This document shows positions 28,765 to 41,455 of a stretch of DNA of 64,000 bases, piece after piece. The notes below the pieces were generated by a model. The model worked only from the letters and a program-made list of their open reading frames with translations, had not been told where the DNA came from and did not search any database. The stretch spans positions 1 to 64,000 of the forward strand of contig JAQGDQ010000447.1 in the NCBI GenBank assembly GCA_030141605.1, read 5' to 3'. Each line of letters opens with the position of its first letter. Position 1 is the stretch's first letter. Source of the stretch: Tubiluchus corallicola (lineage: Eukaryota > Animalia > Priapulida). Both the position numbers and the translations under genes were made by a program.

Positions 28765-29677
28765 TTAGAGTGGTAACAGACTTGTTTATAAGCAGCTTGT
28801 TTTTAACAAGTTTTGACATGCAATGTTTTTTCTACATCATTGTGAAATTGCCTTTTGATTTGTGATTAAATACCTTGGACCAAATAATTGTGACAATAAT
28901 TTACTTGAGTGTCTACAATTGTAGGCATTATAAAGTACTGAATTTGAAAATAGTAAAAAGTATCATAGATAACTTGGGCTTAATACAGATAAAGATGTAT
29001 ACCAGTTATGTACTTATATTATATAGTTGCACATGAATGAATACAAGTTGTTTTAGCAATATAAACTATTCACTAGTATTTATGAATGTAAGTAAGATAC
29101 TATATTTGTACATAGTTGTCACTTGGTACATTAAATATCGCTATTACTGTTGTCGTTATTAGAGTTAAATTAGTTTTAAAAAAAGTTTAGAAAATTTTCT
29201 TCCAAGTTCATTGTTCTCTAATGGGTACTATAATGTTTAGATAAAAGTGCAAATTTATTAATTGACTGAACTAGCAATATTTCCACGCTATTGGACGTCG
29301 TACAGCATTATTTGATTGTTGTTAAATTCATCGTTTTCTGAAAGTCAAAATTTCAAACTAATAAAATGAAGTTTCTGATTTGTAACAGTAAAACATTTAT
29401 TAAATTTCTGACAAAAACATTTCTGTATTTGCTTAATTATTTCGTGTTTATCAAAACTGAGTGCAGAAAAACACGGGTTACAGAGTTTTGAATAAAATTT
29501 GCCAATAAACCCGCATAAGATACGCAAACTTTGATAGGGCGGGCCGTCTGCCCTACTAGGACCAGTGATGAGTAACATTAAACATCGAAGCCCTGAGATT
29601 CTTCTGATCAAACTGATTCATTTAACTGCCTTTGAAGTTTTGTCACTTATGTTACGTAACAAACAGGTGACCACACT

Positions 29678-30027
29678 CAGGGCCTATTTCATGGGGGGGG
29701 GGGGGCAGTAGGGATACTTCCCCGGGGTCTCACCCTTCAGGGGGGCCTCGCGCCAAGGTAACATTTTTTTGCTTTATGCGAACATACTGCCTCCTCTCTC
29801 TCTCTCTTGCCACACGCGCGCCGTTTGCCAGTATTGACAAGTATTAAGGACTGGTCTTGAGAATAAAGCAATTTTTCTTTCAATTGTTCTTTCCTTTAAC
29901 AACTGTATAACTCCATATTTTCCCTTCGTAAATGCTTCTCTGGCATTCTAGCAGTTCAAAAATTTTCAGTTCAAAAGCCTCACATGCCCCACTTCCCTGG
30001 GCCTAGCTTAGACTGAAATAGGCCGTG
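29678..30027 (-). mobile_element. hAT-like MITE family B, copy 2
   Basis: TSD ACCACACT on both sides; TIR CAGGGCCTATTTC. Confidence 0.88.
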
Positions 30028-30626
30028 ACCACACTATCAAACCTCTTTATACCACCAACTTTAGGTCTGCAAAAAAGTTGTCGTTATAAGGAGGTTCCTT
30101 AATACATACATGTCTATGCAAATATAGACATTTTTACTAAAATCAGGGTGAGGTTGGTATTATAAAGGGGGACGTTATAATGAGGTTTGACTACACATTT
30201 CTGTTGTTGGTTTTATTAGCAGTTAGAAACACTCAGTATTAAATAATTACTATACAGTTATTTTCATCTTATATTAATGACTTGCAGCTACTTGGACTAG
30301 AAGTAAAATATGACTTTTCAAAACATCTGGACTGATTTTTCTTTAGCAAGTAATATAAATAAACAAGCTCAACAATATTCAGTAAACAATGAAATCCATA
30401 TCTAAACATGTACAACAAGGTTATAAACAAGTTTTGATAGCATTCTTTATAGACAACAATTAGTTTACCTCTACACTACTTCACTGCTTATATGCAGTGT
30501 CATGTAATATATATTAGACATGCTTTATAATAAGCCTTCATTGTTGTAAATGACTTAACGTAATGGCTAATACAAATCCGTATCACAAATCGTACTTCCT
30601 GTAATAAATCCAGGCACCAAGCCAAA

Positions 30627-30950
30627 ACTCAAGAAACTATTTTAGAAGTTATTAAAATTTATATTACAAACCATATATTTCTACTTTCAGGACAGATAGT
30701 GGTAATTTCATTACAATGCATATTAGTAATGTGTATCACACAGTCTGTGTAGTACAGTGACATTAAGCTACAACCGTCTTGTAAGGGTTAATGGCATCCG
30801 ATCTAGTAGAAAAAAACTACCCGCACTATCTTTGGGATCGTGGCACAGCTGGATACACTCAATTAATCGCCCGGGCCGCACTTTCATTAGGTTGACAAAT
30901 CTCTTCGCGGGTCGCGCAAATTCTCTCGGCGGGCCGGAATTTGCACACCT
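30627..30950 (-). mobile_element. Partial hAT-like MITE family E
   Basis: Reverse complement of ~51330-51655. Confidence 0.85.
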
Positions 30951-31212
30951 CAGAGCTAAAGTTCAAGCCTTCAGTACTCAAGACTGAATACAAAGTTGAG
31001 TACTGCACTTTAAAGTATCTTCCATTCCAACAACAAAAAAAAAAAAACCAAAAAGTTTCAAGTTGTGGAAAGCTAAAATTGATCGTATTCATTAGTACAG
31101 TGGATCACTGCTATAAGAATTGCCATTAAGCTTGCTACAGTCAATTCAAAGCTTAGTATTTAGGTGATGCCAAATAAAAGGCGTATACTGCCTTGAAAAC
31201 ATGCCATAAAAT

Positions 31213-31579
31213 CAGTGCCGTGGAGTCGGAGTTGTTAAAACTTGGGGTTTTGGAGTCGGAGTTCGGATTCAGGAGTACACTTACTGTTAGAGGAATCGGT
31301 GTTAGAGTCAGTAAAAAATAGACAAACTCGAACTCCAGTTACTTCTAACATTTAACGCATTTATGCATAACGTACACCTTCGTATTGGCATCTATGCAAC
31401 TAGACCGTTTTTCGAGTAGTTGCGATGAAATGCCACTGTAGCTGAACACTGAGAGTACTACAAACTTAAAAGCGGGAGTCGGGAGGTGGGGCTCCTAAAA
31501 TTTTAGGAGTCTGAGTTGGATCTTCAAAAAATTCTATGAGTCAGAGACGGGAGTTTAATGTACCGACTCCACAGTCCTG
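31213..31579. mobile_element. hAT-like MITE (GGAGTC-rich)
   Basis: CAGTGCCGTGGAGTCGG ... CCGACTCCACAGTCCTG; TSD CATAAAAT. Confidence 0.85.
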
Positions 31580-31688
31580 CATAAAATCCATGAACTGAAT
31601 ATGTAACAAACGGAAATACTAATGCATCACTATGTTTCCAGTTAGACTGAAAACTCACTTGCACAGCACAGGGTAAAGTAAAGTATAG

Positions 31689-32212
31689 TATAGGTTTTAC
31701 ACGTCAAATGTAGACACAGGAAAGTTCAAATGTGACTTAGGCAAGTCAAATGTAGACATAGGAATTTCGAATGTGTTTTGGTAACTCAAATGTGACTTAG
31801 GTAAGTCAAATGTAGATGCCTTACTTTGAATGAATCAGTAATTAAGTTATTTAAGTGCAAATTACAAAAAGATAAACCAAAGATAGTGCATCTATTAGTA
31901 GGCCTATAACGTTGTTATTTTAACTTAGGAGCAATTATTAAATTGAAATTAAAGAAGATTAAATTTAACATCCTTAAACTTTAACACCTATCCACATTTG
32001 ACTTGACATGTGTCTACATTTGACTTTACCAAAAATGCTTAAGATTTGTTGAAAACTATTGTTAACACATTTGAACTACCTAAGTCTACATTTGAGTTAC
32101 CAAGTCACATTTGAACTACCTAAGTCTACATTTGAGTTACCAAGACACATTTGAATTACCTAAATCTACATTTGAGTTCACGCAGGTCTACAGTTGACAT
32201 GTAAAACCAATA
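31689..32212 (+). mobile_element. MITE family A
   Basis: Both TIRs present. Confidence 0.88.
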
Positions 32213-32954
32213 TTACAAACTACACATGATGCTTGTGCATAAAACTTTTTAAGCACATAATCACAAATGTTTCCGAACAGAACAAACCTCGCAGCTTGAA
32301 AGGCCAGCACACGGTTACGGTTTGTTCCCAGCATAGCCAACAGTTACGATTTAATTTCATGTGAATATTTTCCAGTCACTAAAATTAGACAAGTTTCAGC
32401 ATAATTTCTTTGCACAATGTATAAAGCTATAAGAAAAAAATAAGCTGACATGTAAACTAATTATCTTTCTTAGTACTATCCGTACCTAATTATCTGCTAT
32501 GTAAAGAAAATAAATCAGTTAAATAAAAGAAAAAGTATAATCTGTTACTACTATGTGCTTCATACCGGTATAAGTATAAAAACAGATTACATAGCATTTG
32601 TACGTATTTCTGCCCGGTTAATGATCTTAAACTTCATACTTAGAAAGCTACGCGGGAAACGAAAACGTACATAAGCCAGGGACAATAAAATCTTGAGTAC
32701 CTGTTATGATGCTATGTTTATATTTATTTATTTATTTATATTTATTTATTAAATACTAAATATAAAGTTACGAAACAACAATTAGCATAATTATTCAACA
32801 AAGAGCGTGTCAGTGAAAAAATTTAAAACATAATTAACTTAAAGACAACAATAGCAACAAAAAAACGTACATCAATCGAAAATGCCAAATAAAATGACTA
32901 GCATGAACAAATTAATTCATCAGCTGTGTGCTTACGTAGCAGAAACGTCCATAA

Positions 32955-33515
32955 ATCAGTAGTTAAGCTTTTTTCAGTTATTCACATGTGTATGTTCTAA
33001 ATCTCCATTTCATGAGGATCATTTTGATACCAAGCTCATTGCTTTATTTCATTTCTAAGCTGAGATAATCCAGGTTAAAGTTGAGGTGCAGGTTGTGCAC
33101 TGAAAAACACAACCTTGACAAAATTGCAGTTAAAGTTCGCCATTGTTTTTTGTCGTGTTTCTGCAAAACATTTAGCAACCGTACAAATGTCAGTTGCTAT
33201 GGACTTTGCAAGAACACATTGAAGTTGTGTTTAAATCCAATAGACGGCTCTCCCAGACGAAGATCTGGGCTTCGCAACAGAAAAAATTGCAAGCACAATG
33301 ATTGCTTCCACAAGATACTATTGGAGTTTGAAAATACGATTTTCTAACAGTAGTTTTTAGCCTGAGAAGTGGGTAAGTGGAGATAAGTCCAATATATTTA
33401 GTTTGTTTTTATAAAAAGAAATTGGCATTTGACCCAATCTTTCGCGCATTCTACTCTGAAGCGCCAAAAGGTAGTTTTAACTAAGCCGACTAATGGATGG
33501 TTTTGATTTGTAAGC
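32955..33515. repeat. Interspersed repeat, probable DNA-transposon relic
   Basis: Colinear diverged copy at ~37150-37762. Confidence 0.75.
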
Positions 33516-33877
33516 ACAAATACTTTTTCTCAAAAATGAGAAACTGCACAAGATTATATGGGACTAGTATTTGACCTCAAATTTGCTTACTGATATGTAC
33601 ATGTTAACTATATGTTAACATTATGTTCAATTCATTTGATAAATATCACAAAACAACCACATTTACAAAAGCACTATAAATTTACTGGTTTTGTCACAGG
33701 TGCGACGTCGTCATATATGACAAGTTCTTCAGAAAATTACATTGTATACAGAGAACAGCATAAGCACAAAAAATCGCTTACAACATAAAAAGAAAAAAGA
33801 AAAAAGAAAAAAATGACTAGAAATATCTGCAAATACTGATCAAATGATGATAAAATGTTCCAAACCGAGACGATAAC

Positions 33878-36800
33878 TCACTCCTTCCGTCGTTTTAATT
33901 TACTCTTTGCAGTAGAGGGTTTCTGACCTCCGCCTAACAGAGAAGTTACCATTTCAGAAAGTTCTGGTAGATCGTACTTTGGCATATTATTCATTTGATT
34001 CTGTAATTCCTAAAAAGTAAAATACTTACATTATATGCAAAAATGATTACAAGAGATGCAATTACAAGAAAGAAGCCAGTATCAAATTATAGACCTCAGC
34101 TTGTATGATCATGATCTGTGACACAAATATTGATTTTTAATTAAGCCCCACTTATATTAAAGGCCTCGAATTATTGAAAAAACTGTCGGTCAAAAGTTAC
34201 TACCTTTTGGGTTTCCGGATCTTGAGTATTGATCAATTTTGGTAGAACAGCGATGACTAGAAGAGGCAGAACCATCATTAAAACCTGCAAATAAACAGCA
34301 AACCTCATCACACAGGTCAAAAATAGCCACAAATTTATCAGACCTGTAATGACACATAGACGTATTGATGCACTGTGATGTGTTCTGGATACGTGTATCG
34401 CCAAAATCCACACGCATCGTGATAATACGAGTCAATGATATTTAGCAAAGTAGCACGCGCCGACTGTAGGCTGATAAAAACAATTTGAAGTGATTCAAGC
34501 TGCAGCTGTAGAGCGTACTGTAGATATGTAACAATCACTGAAGTAATTCAAGCTGCAGCTGTAGAGTGTACTGTAGATACATAACAATCAGTGAAATAAT
34601 TCAAGCTGCAGCTGTAGAGTTTACTGTAGATACGTAACAATCAGTGAAATAATTCAAGCTGTAGCTGTAGAGCATACTGTAGATACATAACAATCAGTGA
34701 AGTGATTCAAGCTGCAGCTGTAGAGTTTACTGTAGATACATAACAATCAGTGAAGTAATTCAAGCTGCAGCTGCAGAGCATACTGTAGATACATAACAAT
34801 CAGTGAAGTAATTCAAGCTGCAGCTGTAGAGTGCACTGTATATACGTAACAATCAGTGAAGTAATTCAAGCTGCAGCTGTAGAGCATACTGTACATACGT
34901 AACCATCAGTGAAGTAATTCAAGCGGCAGCTGTAGAGCATACTGTAGATACATAACAATCAGTGAAGTAATTCAAGCTGCAGCTGTAGAGTTTACTGTAG
35001 ATACGTAACAATCAGTGAAGTGATTCAAGCTGCAGCTGTAGAGTTTACTGTAGATACATAACAATCAGTGAAGTGATTCAAGCTGCAGCTGTAGAGTTTA
35101 CTGTAGATACATAACAATCAGTGAAGTAATTCAAGCTACAGCTGTGGAGTTTACTGTAGATACGTAAAAATCAGTGAAGTAATTCAAGCTGCAGCTGTAG
35201 AGTTTACTGTAGATGCTTAACAATCAGTGAAGTAATTCAAGCTGCAGCTGTAGAGTTTACTGTAGATACATAACAATCAGTGAAGTGATTCAAGCTGCAG
35301 CTGTAGAGCATACTGTAGATACGTAACAATCAGTGAAGTGATTCAAGCTGCAGCTGTAGAGTGTACTGTAGATACCCCTCAATCAGCCCAGTGAACAGCA
35401 GTTGACTTGATACAGGCACTGCTAGTAGCCAAAGCAGTTGAAATCTGTTTAATCTGTAGTAGGGTAATTATGTTGTTTATATATAAATTTGTGAAATGGC
35501 AAAAATGAACCAGAAACGCACAAGCCACTTTTAAGCCTAAAGTATTTGCTATATTTTGCTTTTCTGGTGACTTACAATGCAAACAATAGCTTACACATTG
35601 CACAAGTAAGAAATAAGAAATCAAAGAGTTTGTCGAGTTATTTTCGCATTTAGCAATCCTAAAACTGTTGATTGATAAAATATGTTTTGCGTTTATTATC
35701 AATGCCTTCATCTAGTTTCTTTATATAAAGTCTGCAAACATTAACTAGGGTGCATCGTGAGGTTTGTATCGTGATACGTATCATATCGTGACCTAGATGT
35801 ATCGTTACAGCTGTAACAGTCATCAGGTTTACGAAAATCTACCCAGAATGCCTTGAAACGTAAGTTAAGTACGCATGTCAAGTTTACTCTGTGCAAGAAA
35901 ATTGAAAATATGAACTTTCGTTCTACCATTTTTTAATTAAAAAATGCAACTCGATAAAGCAAGTGAAATTATGTGATAAAAAATTGAAAAATGGCTGAAA
36001 AGTGACTTGAAAATAATGGTCTTGGACTAACTGTACATTTCCTGTAATACTAGTCAAACTTAGCAGGTCGGTGTTAAGATTTGTAATGAGCTAATAACAT
36101 TTTTTACATGATTATCAATGTACCATAATGTAAAATATAAACAGCTGAGTACTCGTTCTACTATTTCTAATTCAACTGTCGGTACTAAGCCAGTAACATC
36201 AAGTCTGTTGGTATCTTTCAACAAGTGATATTTTCTACAAAAATCAGAAAACGCATCGTTCTTTTTTACATCAGTTGTCATAAACTTGTCAAAAAGCCGA
36301 AGCAAATGATTTCATAAGTAACGAGTTCAACAGAATGAAAAACACCATTTTAACGAATTGTAGACCATTTAAATGTAACACATTAGGTAAAATTCTAACC
36401 TAAATTAAAAATATCTAATAATTCTCTTGTTATCAGCACAAGAAGTAACTTCAATGTGTGACATGTCACCTTGTTCACAAGCATCGGAAAACATGAATGT
36501 TGGTGTCAAGCAATTTAATCTAGCATTCTATAATTATTTGTTTTCTTTTCGCATTTTTACAAACATGCATTTCCTGAAAGTGTTTAAAACGAAGCCAGCC
36601 TTAGTCATGTGACCTAAGCTTTAGTAGTATACGCCACCTATCAATCACACTTGTTTTTATACGTAGTTACATTTTCTGTTGCCGCTATGCTGATCATGCC
36701 GTTTGGTGATACTTGCATTGCCTTGTCTATTTTGTTACAATTTAACAGTCACTAGTTGTATTTTCAAGCCAAACTTGTCACCAGTAAATGTAAGTCACCA

Positions 36801-39440
36801 TCTACTTTAATAATTAGTTAATAGTTTAAATGGGTTAGAATTGCTTCAAATGTCTAGAATCATAAAGTAATAATTTGTGTTTCAGTCTTCTTAAATCTAA
36901 CTTTTTATTTTGTCTAAATAGTAATAACCTTTAGCACATTCTTAAGCACTTTTTGTGATCTGTTATTTTAATAAATTGCAGGTCTATCACACAGTTCAAT
37001 ACTGATTTTTGCCATTTCTTTGCCGGGACTGTTCATGAAATTCTCAAAAACTACAAACCAGTAAAAGTTTCAAAAAAATACAGGTGACACTTTTACAGTC
37101 TGTCAGTTACTATTTGTGTGCTTGCATAGCAAAATCATTTATACGTCGGCAATTAAACTTTTTTAGTTATTCACATATCCGGAATCTCCATTTCACGAGG
37201 ATCATTTTATTACCAAGTTCCTCACTCTATGTTATTTCTAAGCTCAGATAATCCACGTTGAAATTGAGGTGCAGGCTACGCACTGAAAAACATAATCTTG
37301 AGAAAAATGCTATTAAAGTTTGGCATTGTTTTTGTCGCGATTCTACAAAACACTTAGCAACTGCACGAGCTGGCGGTTGCTATGGATTTTACAAAAGTGT
37401 TTGAAGTTACATTTAAATCCTGTAGATGGCTCTTCCTGATGAAGATCTGGGCTTGGCTACAGAAAAAACCCGAAGTAAAATGATTGCTTCACAAGCTACT
37501 ATCGGAGTTCGAATATACAAATTTTTCACAATTGCAGTTTCTAGTCAGAAAAGTGGGTATGGGGTTATAAAATTAGATTTTTAGTATTTTATGAATATTT
37601 TCTTGATAATTTGATGCTAGATTATAAAAGCCCAATATATTTAGCATTTGCTTTATAAAAAACAAAAAAATTGACATTTGACCAATTTTTTGGTGCATTC
37701 TACTTTGAAGCATCAAAACATAGTTTTATGCCGACTTATGGATGGTTTTGGTTTGCAAGCATACAGTTGATGATTGGACTTACCATTGGACTAAGCAACA
37801 TGTCAGTAATACGCCACGCTTCCCTTTTTTGAAAATAGTTAATCGGACCCTTCAACTGGAATCTCAAGGGATACTGTAAAATTTCCACCTGTGTAGATAA
37901 GAACGTCAAAATTGTAAAACTTGAAATTGAAATTAATAAGAATGCCACAAAACTGTGATAAAAAATGAACTGAAAAGTTTAAAACATGATCGAAAAACTA
38001 TCCAATCAAGTGGCTGCATTATGAATACTCGGAAGTGGTGCTGACAAGCCACTGGCGTAGCAGTGTCTAGTTTCTTGCTGGATTACTGCTGCGTTTACCT
38101 GTCTAAGGCAGATTTCTTTTATTTTAGAATTCTGCCTGCCAAATGTCTACAATAGACGTGACGGGCGTATGATGATGATGATGATTATGAATAACTTTTT
38201 AAGGCCGACAGTAAAAATACTTCTGCTTCCATGTAACCAGCCGGGTAATTTTTTTCTCGCACACCTGTCCAAGAAATTAAGAATTTTTTTGTACGTTTAT
38301 ATACTTTACCTGAAACAGTCATATGAAAGCGTATTTTTTTAATTTAAAATGTAAAACACAGTAATTAGAATGACATCATTGTTCTGGGCATGTTTTTCTA
38401 CGGCTAACTCTCGGCCAGGGTTGCCGTTTTGTGTGATGCTGATTATCGTATTGAAGTCTAAAAAGTATTTTCTAGTATTTTCAACAAAATTATCGCATTA
38501 AAGGCTGAGTAATGCTACCGCTCACACCACAATTATGAGAACATATGTTCATACTGTAGGAAAAAGAGATTTTACGATAATTATGCGATAATTTAGTAAC
38601 GTGAAACAAAAAACTAAAAAACAAAGCGTAAATATAAACATCAAAAATGTGCATTGAAAAAATTTAAGACATTACTGCTAACCAGTGGGAAATAAACAAA
38701 CTTTGATTTTAACTCAAGTTTAAATATTCCAAAATTCAGTTTTTCCTCCCTCCCTACTAATATTTTTTGAGTTCATGAAGTAAGACAGAAACAAATATTT
38801 TTGTGACTGACCTAACTTATCATATTTAAGATCTAATATTTGAAAAAGAAGTGATCGTAATTTTACCAGCATTACAGACAGGTGTGTTTTAGTTTTACCT
38901 GTGAACTCTGAAGATAATTTACTCTTCTCGCACGAACCTTTCCCTTGCTATTGATGTCGACTCTTATGGGTTCAAATTCAAAGTCCGGATTAGCGGCTTC
39001 AAACACATATGATCCTGGTGAAAGGTTATGTACAGAAAAACCACCATCGTTCCTATACATTAGAAAATAATAAATATGAACAATGAAGCTTAGTACAAGT
39101 TAGCTCAGTTTCCTTGTCTAGTTTCTATTGTTGATGTCATTTCTGTCTAGTATTAGGTACTAATACCTTACTTTTTCTATAAAAGCGCCACAATGAGCTC
39201 CATAATCGACAATATTACTTATTAGCATTGGCATTACCTGACGAATCCAAGATACTCGCCACCGTTTACTAAAATTTTCGTTCGCACAGCCCAACTAGGA
39301 TCATAATCTCTAAGAGACGGCACTTTTCCATCTATTGTGATCCTTAAAATTGGACTAGCTTCTTCAATTGCAAGACAAAATGAAAAAAGTTTTAATAAAC
39401 AGAAAATAAAAGAATTCAATATAAACAAGTATAGCGCCAT
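33878..39440 (-). CDS. EMC7: ER membrane protein complex subunit 7; coding exons 39238-39440, 38899-39052, 37784-37888, 34204-34284, 33878-34009 (224 aa)
   Basis: Signal peptide; GGEYLGFVRNDGGFSVHNLSPGSYV, RVDINSKGKVRARRVNYLQ, YFQKREAWRITDMLLSPMVLMMVLP, DLPELSEM motifs; all introns GT-AG with compatible phases. Confidence 0.96.
34485..35375. repeat. 53-bp minisatellite (~17 copies) in EMC7 intron 3
   Basis: Unit AACAATCAGTGAAGTAATTCAAGCTGCAGCTGTAGAGTTTACTGTAGATACAT. Confidence 0.97.
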
Positions 39441-39621
39441 TTTATTGTACTTTATCAAACTGTAGAATTCCTGTGAATTAGACGTCAGGTCAAAAAAAGG
39501 CAAGTCCTTTTAGTTTTGTTTTGTTTTTAATTCAATGTGATATCTTGACGGTCCGTTCAGTTAGGGTTTCATCCCGGGGCCCAGGGCGCCAACTGAATGA
39601 TGTGAATTTTTTATTAGGTTA

Positions 39622-39672
<51 letters not shown>

Positions 39673-41227
39673 GCATTATTATTATTATTAACGTTATCAA
39701 AATTATTGTCACCATTTTATCACTGTAACTCAGCTTAGTTGTCATTTTGCATTTATTTGTGAATCTTATTCCAAGTCTATAAGCTAACAATGAAACTGAT
39801 TACAATTATATTGGGTGTTACTAGGCATCGAAAGGTACAAAAACAACTTAATTAAGTTACTGCCAGATACTACTTTATACAGCAAAACATAACAGACCCC
39901 CTGCTATGACGTCAAAGTACTCTGAAACAACAAAATCCGTCGGGGTGTTGATATTTAGCATGAAAGCTTTGCGCAGCTTGCAATCTTGAAAGTATGATTA
40001 CAGCAATGACTTGAAAACTCTGGGACTGATTTTCACAATTGAATTGAATCACTATTGGGCTTTCATTTCAACTTTTCGACAATGTTGACTGTTCTACGCA
40101 ATAAAATTGAATGCTAAGTAAAAGAAATGAAATACCATGTTAATAGTGACTGTTGTGGCTCTTATTAAAAATCTCTAAAAGCAAAATGAGCATTGAAAGT
40201 AAAAATAAACACAGTTTTTGCTTCTGTAAAAATAATTTATGTACAATACATTCATCATACAAACCAGAATAATACATAAATCACACAATAAATTTGGCAT
40301 CACTGACTCATCTTAGCTGTTCTCCATTAAAAAACATAAAATTTATGTTTGTAATTCACAATTAGCAAGCTGGCATCGAATTAAAAATAAATCATCAAAT
40401 TTCAAAAAATAAAACCAAGAGAGCACAAGAAATCCTAACTGTGTCAAAATTCAGAGAGCACCAAAACACAACGATTTCCACTCAACATTTCAAACCTGAT
40501 CACATGACACTGATCTATATCACCGCTCAAGTTTAATATTTCAAATTAATAGAATTATGCACAACCATATCGAATCTTGAACGAAAATCACATGGCGGTG
40601 ATGTACCAGCAATGTTTCAGCTCATTTGTAGCACAAATCTTACACAACCGTGAACAAACCAATACAAAAATATGTGTAGGACGGAATAGACTAAGCTCAT
40701 GAGCTAAGTATTTCTTGGCGTAGTAGTTTTGCCTTCTAGTTTTTTGGTCCCTCTTCTACAAATTCATTATCAAATAAAAATTTAAGTAACATCAACACTG
40801 ATATGCCATACAAACTCATTGCTCAGCATAAGTACACAATATTCCTAAGTAAAAGACATTCTTGCAAATTGCAACAAAATTGTCCAAACTCACAAGTGCT
40901 GACAAGGTATGCATGGGATTCCATTAACATACAGATGATTTGGATTAAATTTACAATATGCCTTGATAAGAATCACTTTACAAGACAGTAAAACAAGTTA
41001 GAGCCAATATCTGGTAACACGACTGAAACTATAAGTTACCCGCACAAACTTATCACTCTACATTCATTTTTTTACAAAAATAACAAAAATGACATTCCTG
41101 TACACATGTGCGGTGCGGTGCAGTTTCACCTACTGGTACTGCAGCTGATGCATGCTGCAGTTTAAATTAAATAATACGTCTGTCAAAGGCAAGAAAGTGT
41201 TGTAGTACTACACTAAAGTCTATAACA

Positions 41228-41455
41228 TTAGGCATAAGATTCAGAACCGCTGACTGTATGCCGTCGTGACGTTTCCGAATAACTCGATGAAAATTGCCTA
41301 TAAAAGTGGACTCCCGATTCACCAATGATTGATCTCTTCCTATCCACTTCATGAATACTGTCTCTCCACGAATCCACCTCGTCCACGATTCCACTTTCCT
41401 GTTTCCGCTTGCGTTTGTAATATTGCAACACTTCGAAGGAAAGCAGCACAGTCAG
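41228..41455 (-). CDS. SLC18B1: SLC18B1-like last coding exon (cytosolic tail)
   Basis: TTTGTAG|CTG phase 0; LTVLLSFEVLQYYKRKRK...SESYA*. Confidence 0.8.
   Translation of the reverse strand: MTVLLSFEVLQYYKRKRKQESGIVDEVDSWRDSIHEVDRKRSIIGESGVHFYRQFSSSYSETSRRHTVSGSESYA

Noticed and set aside
34485-35375. CRISPR-like look of the 53-bp array (also the 36-bp array at 41628-42170)
   Set aside because: No unique spacers, eukaryotic intron context, no cas genes.
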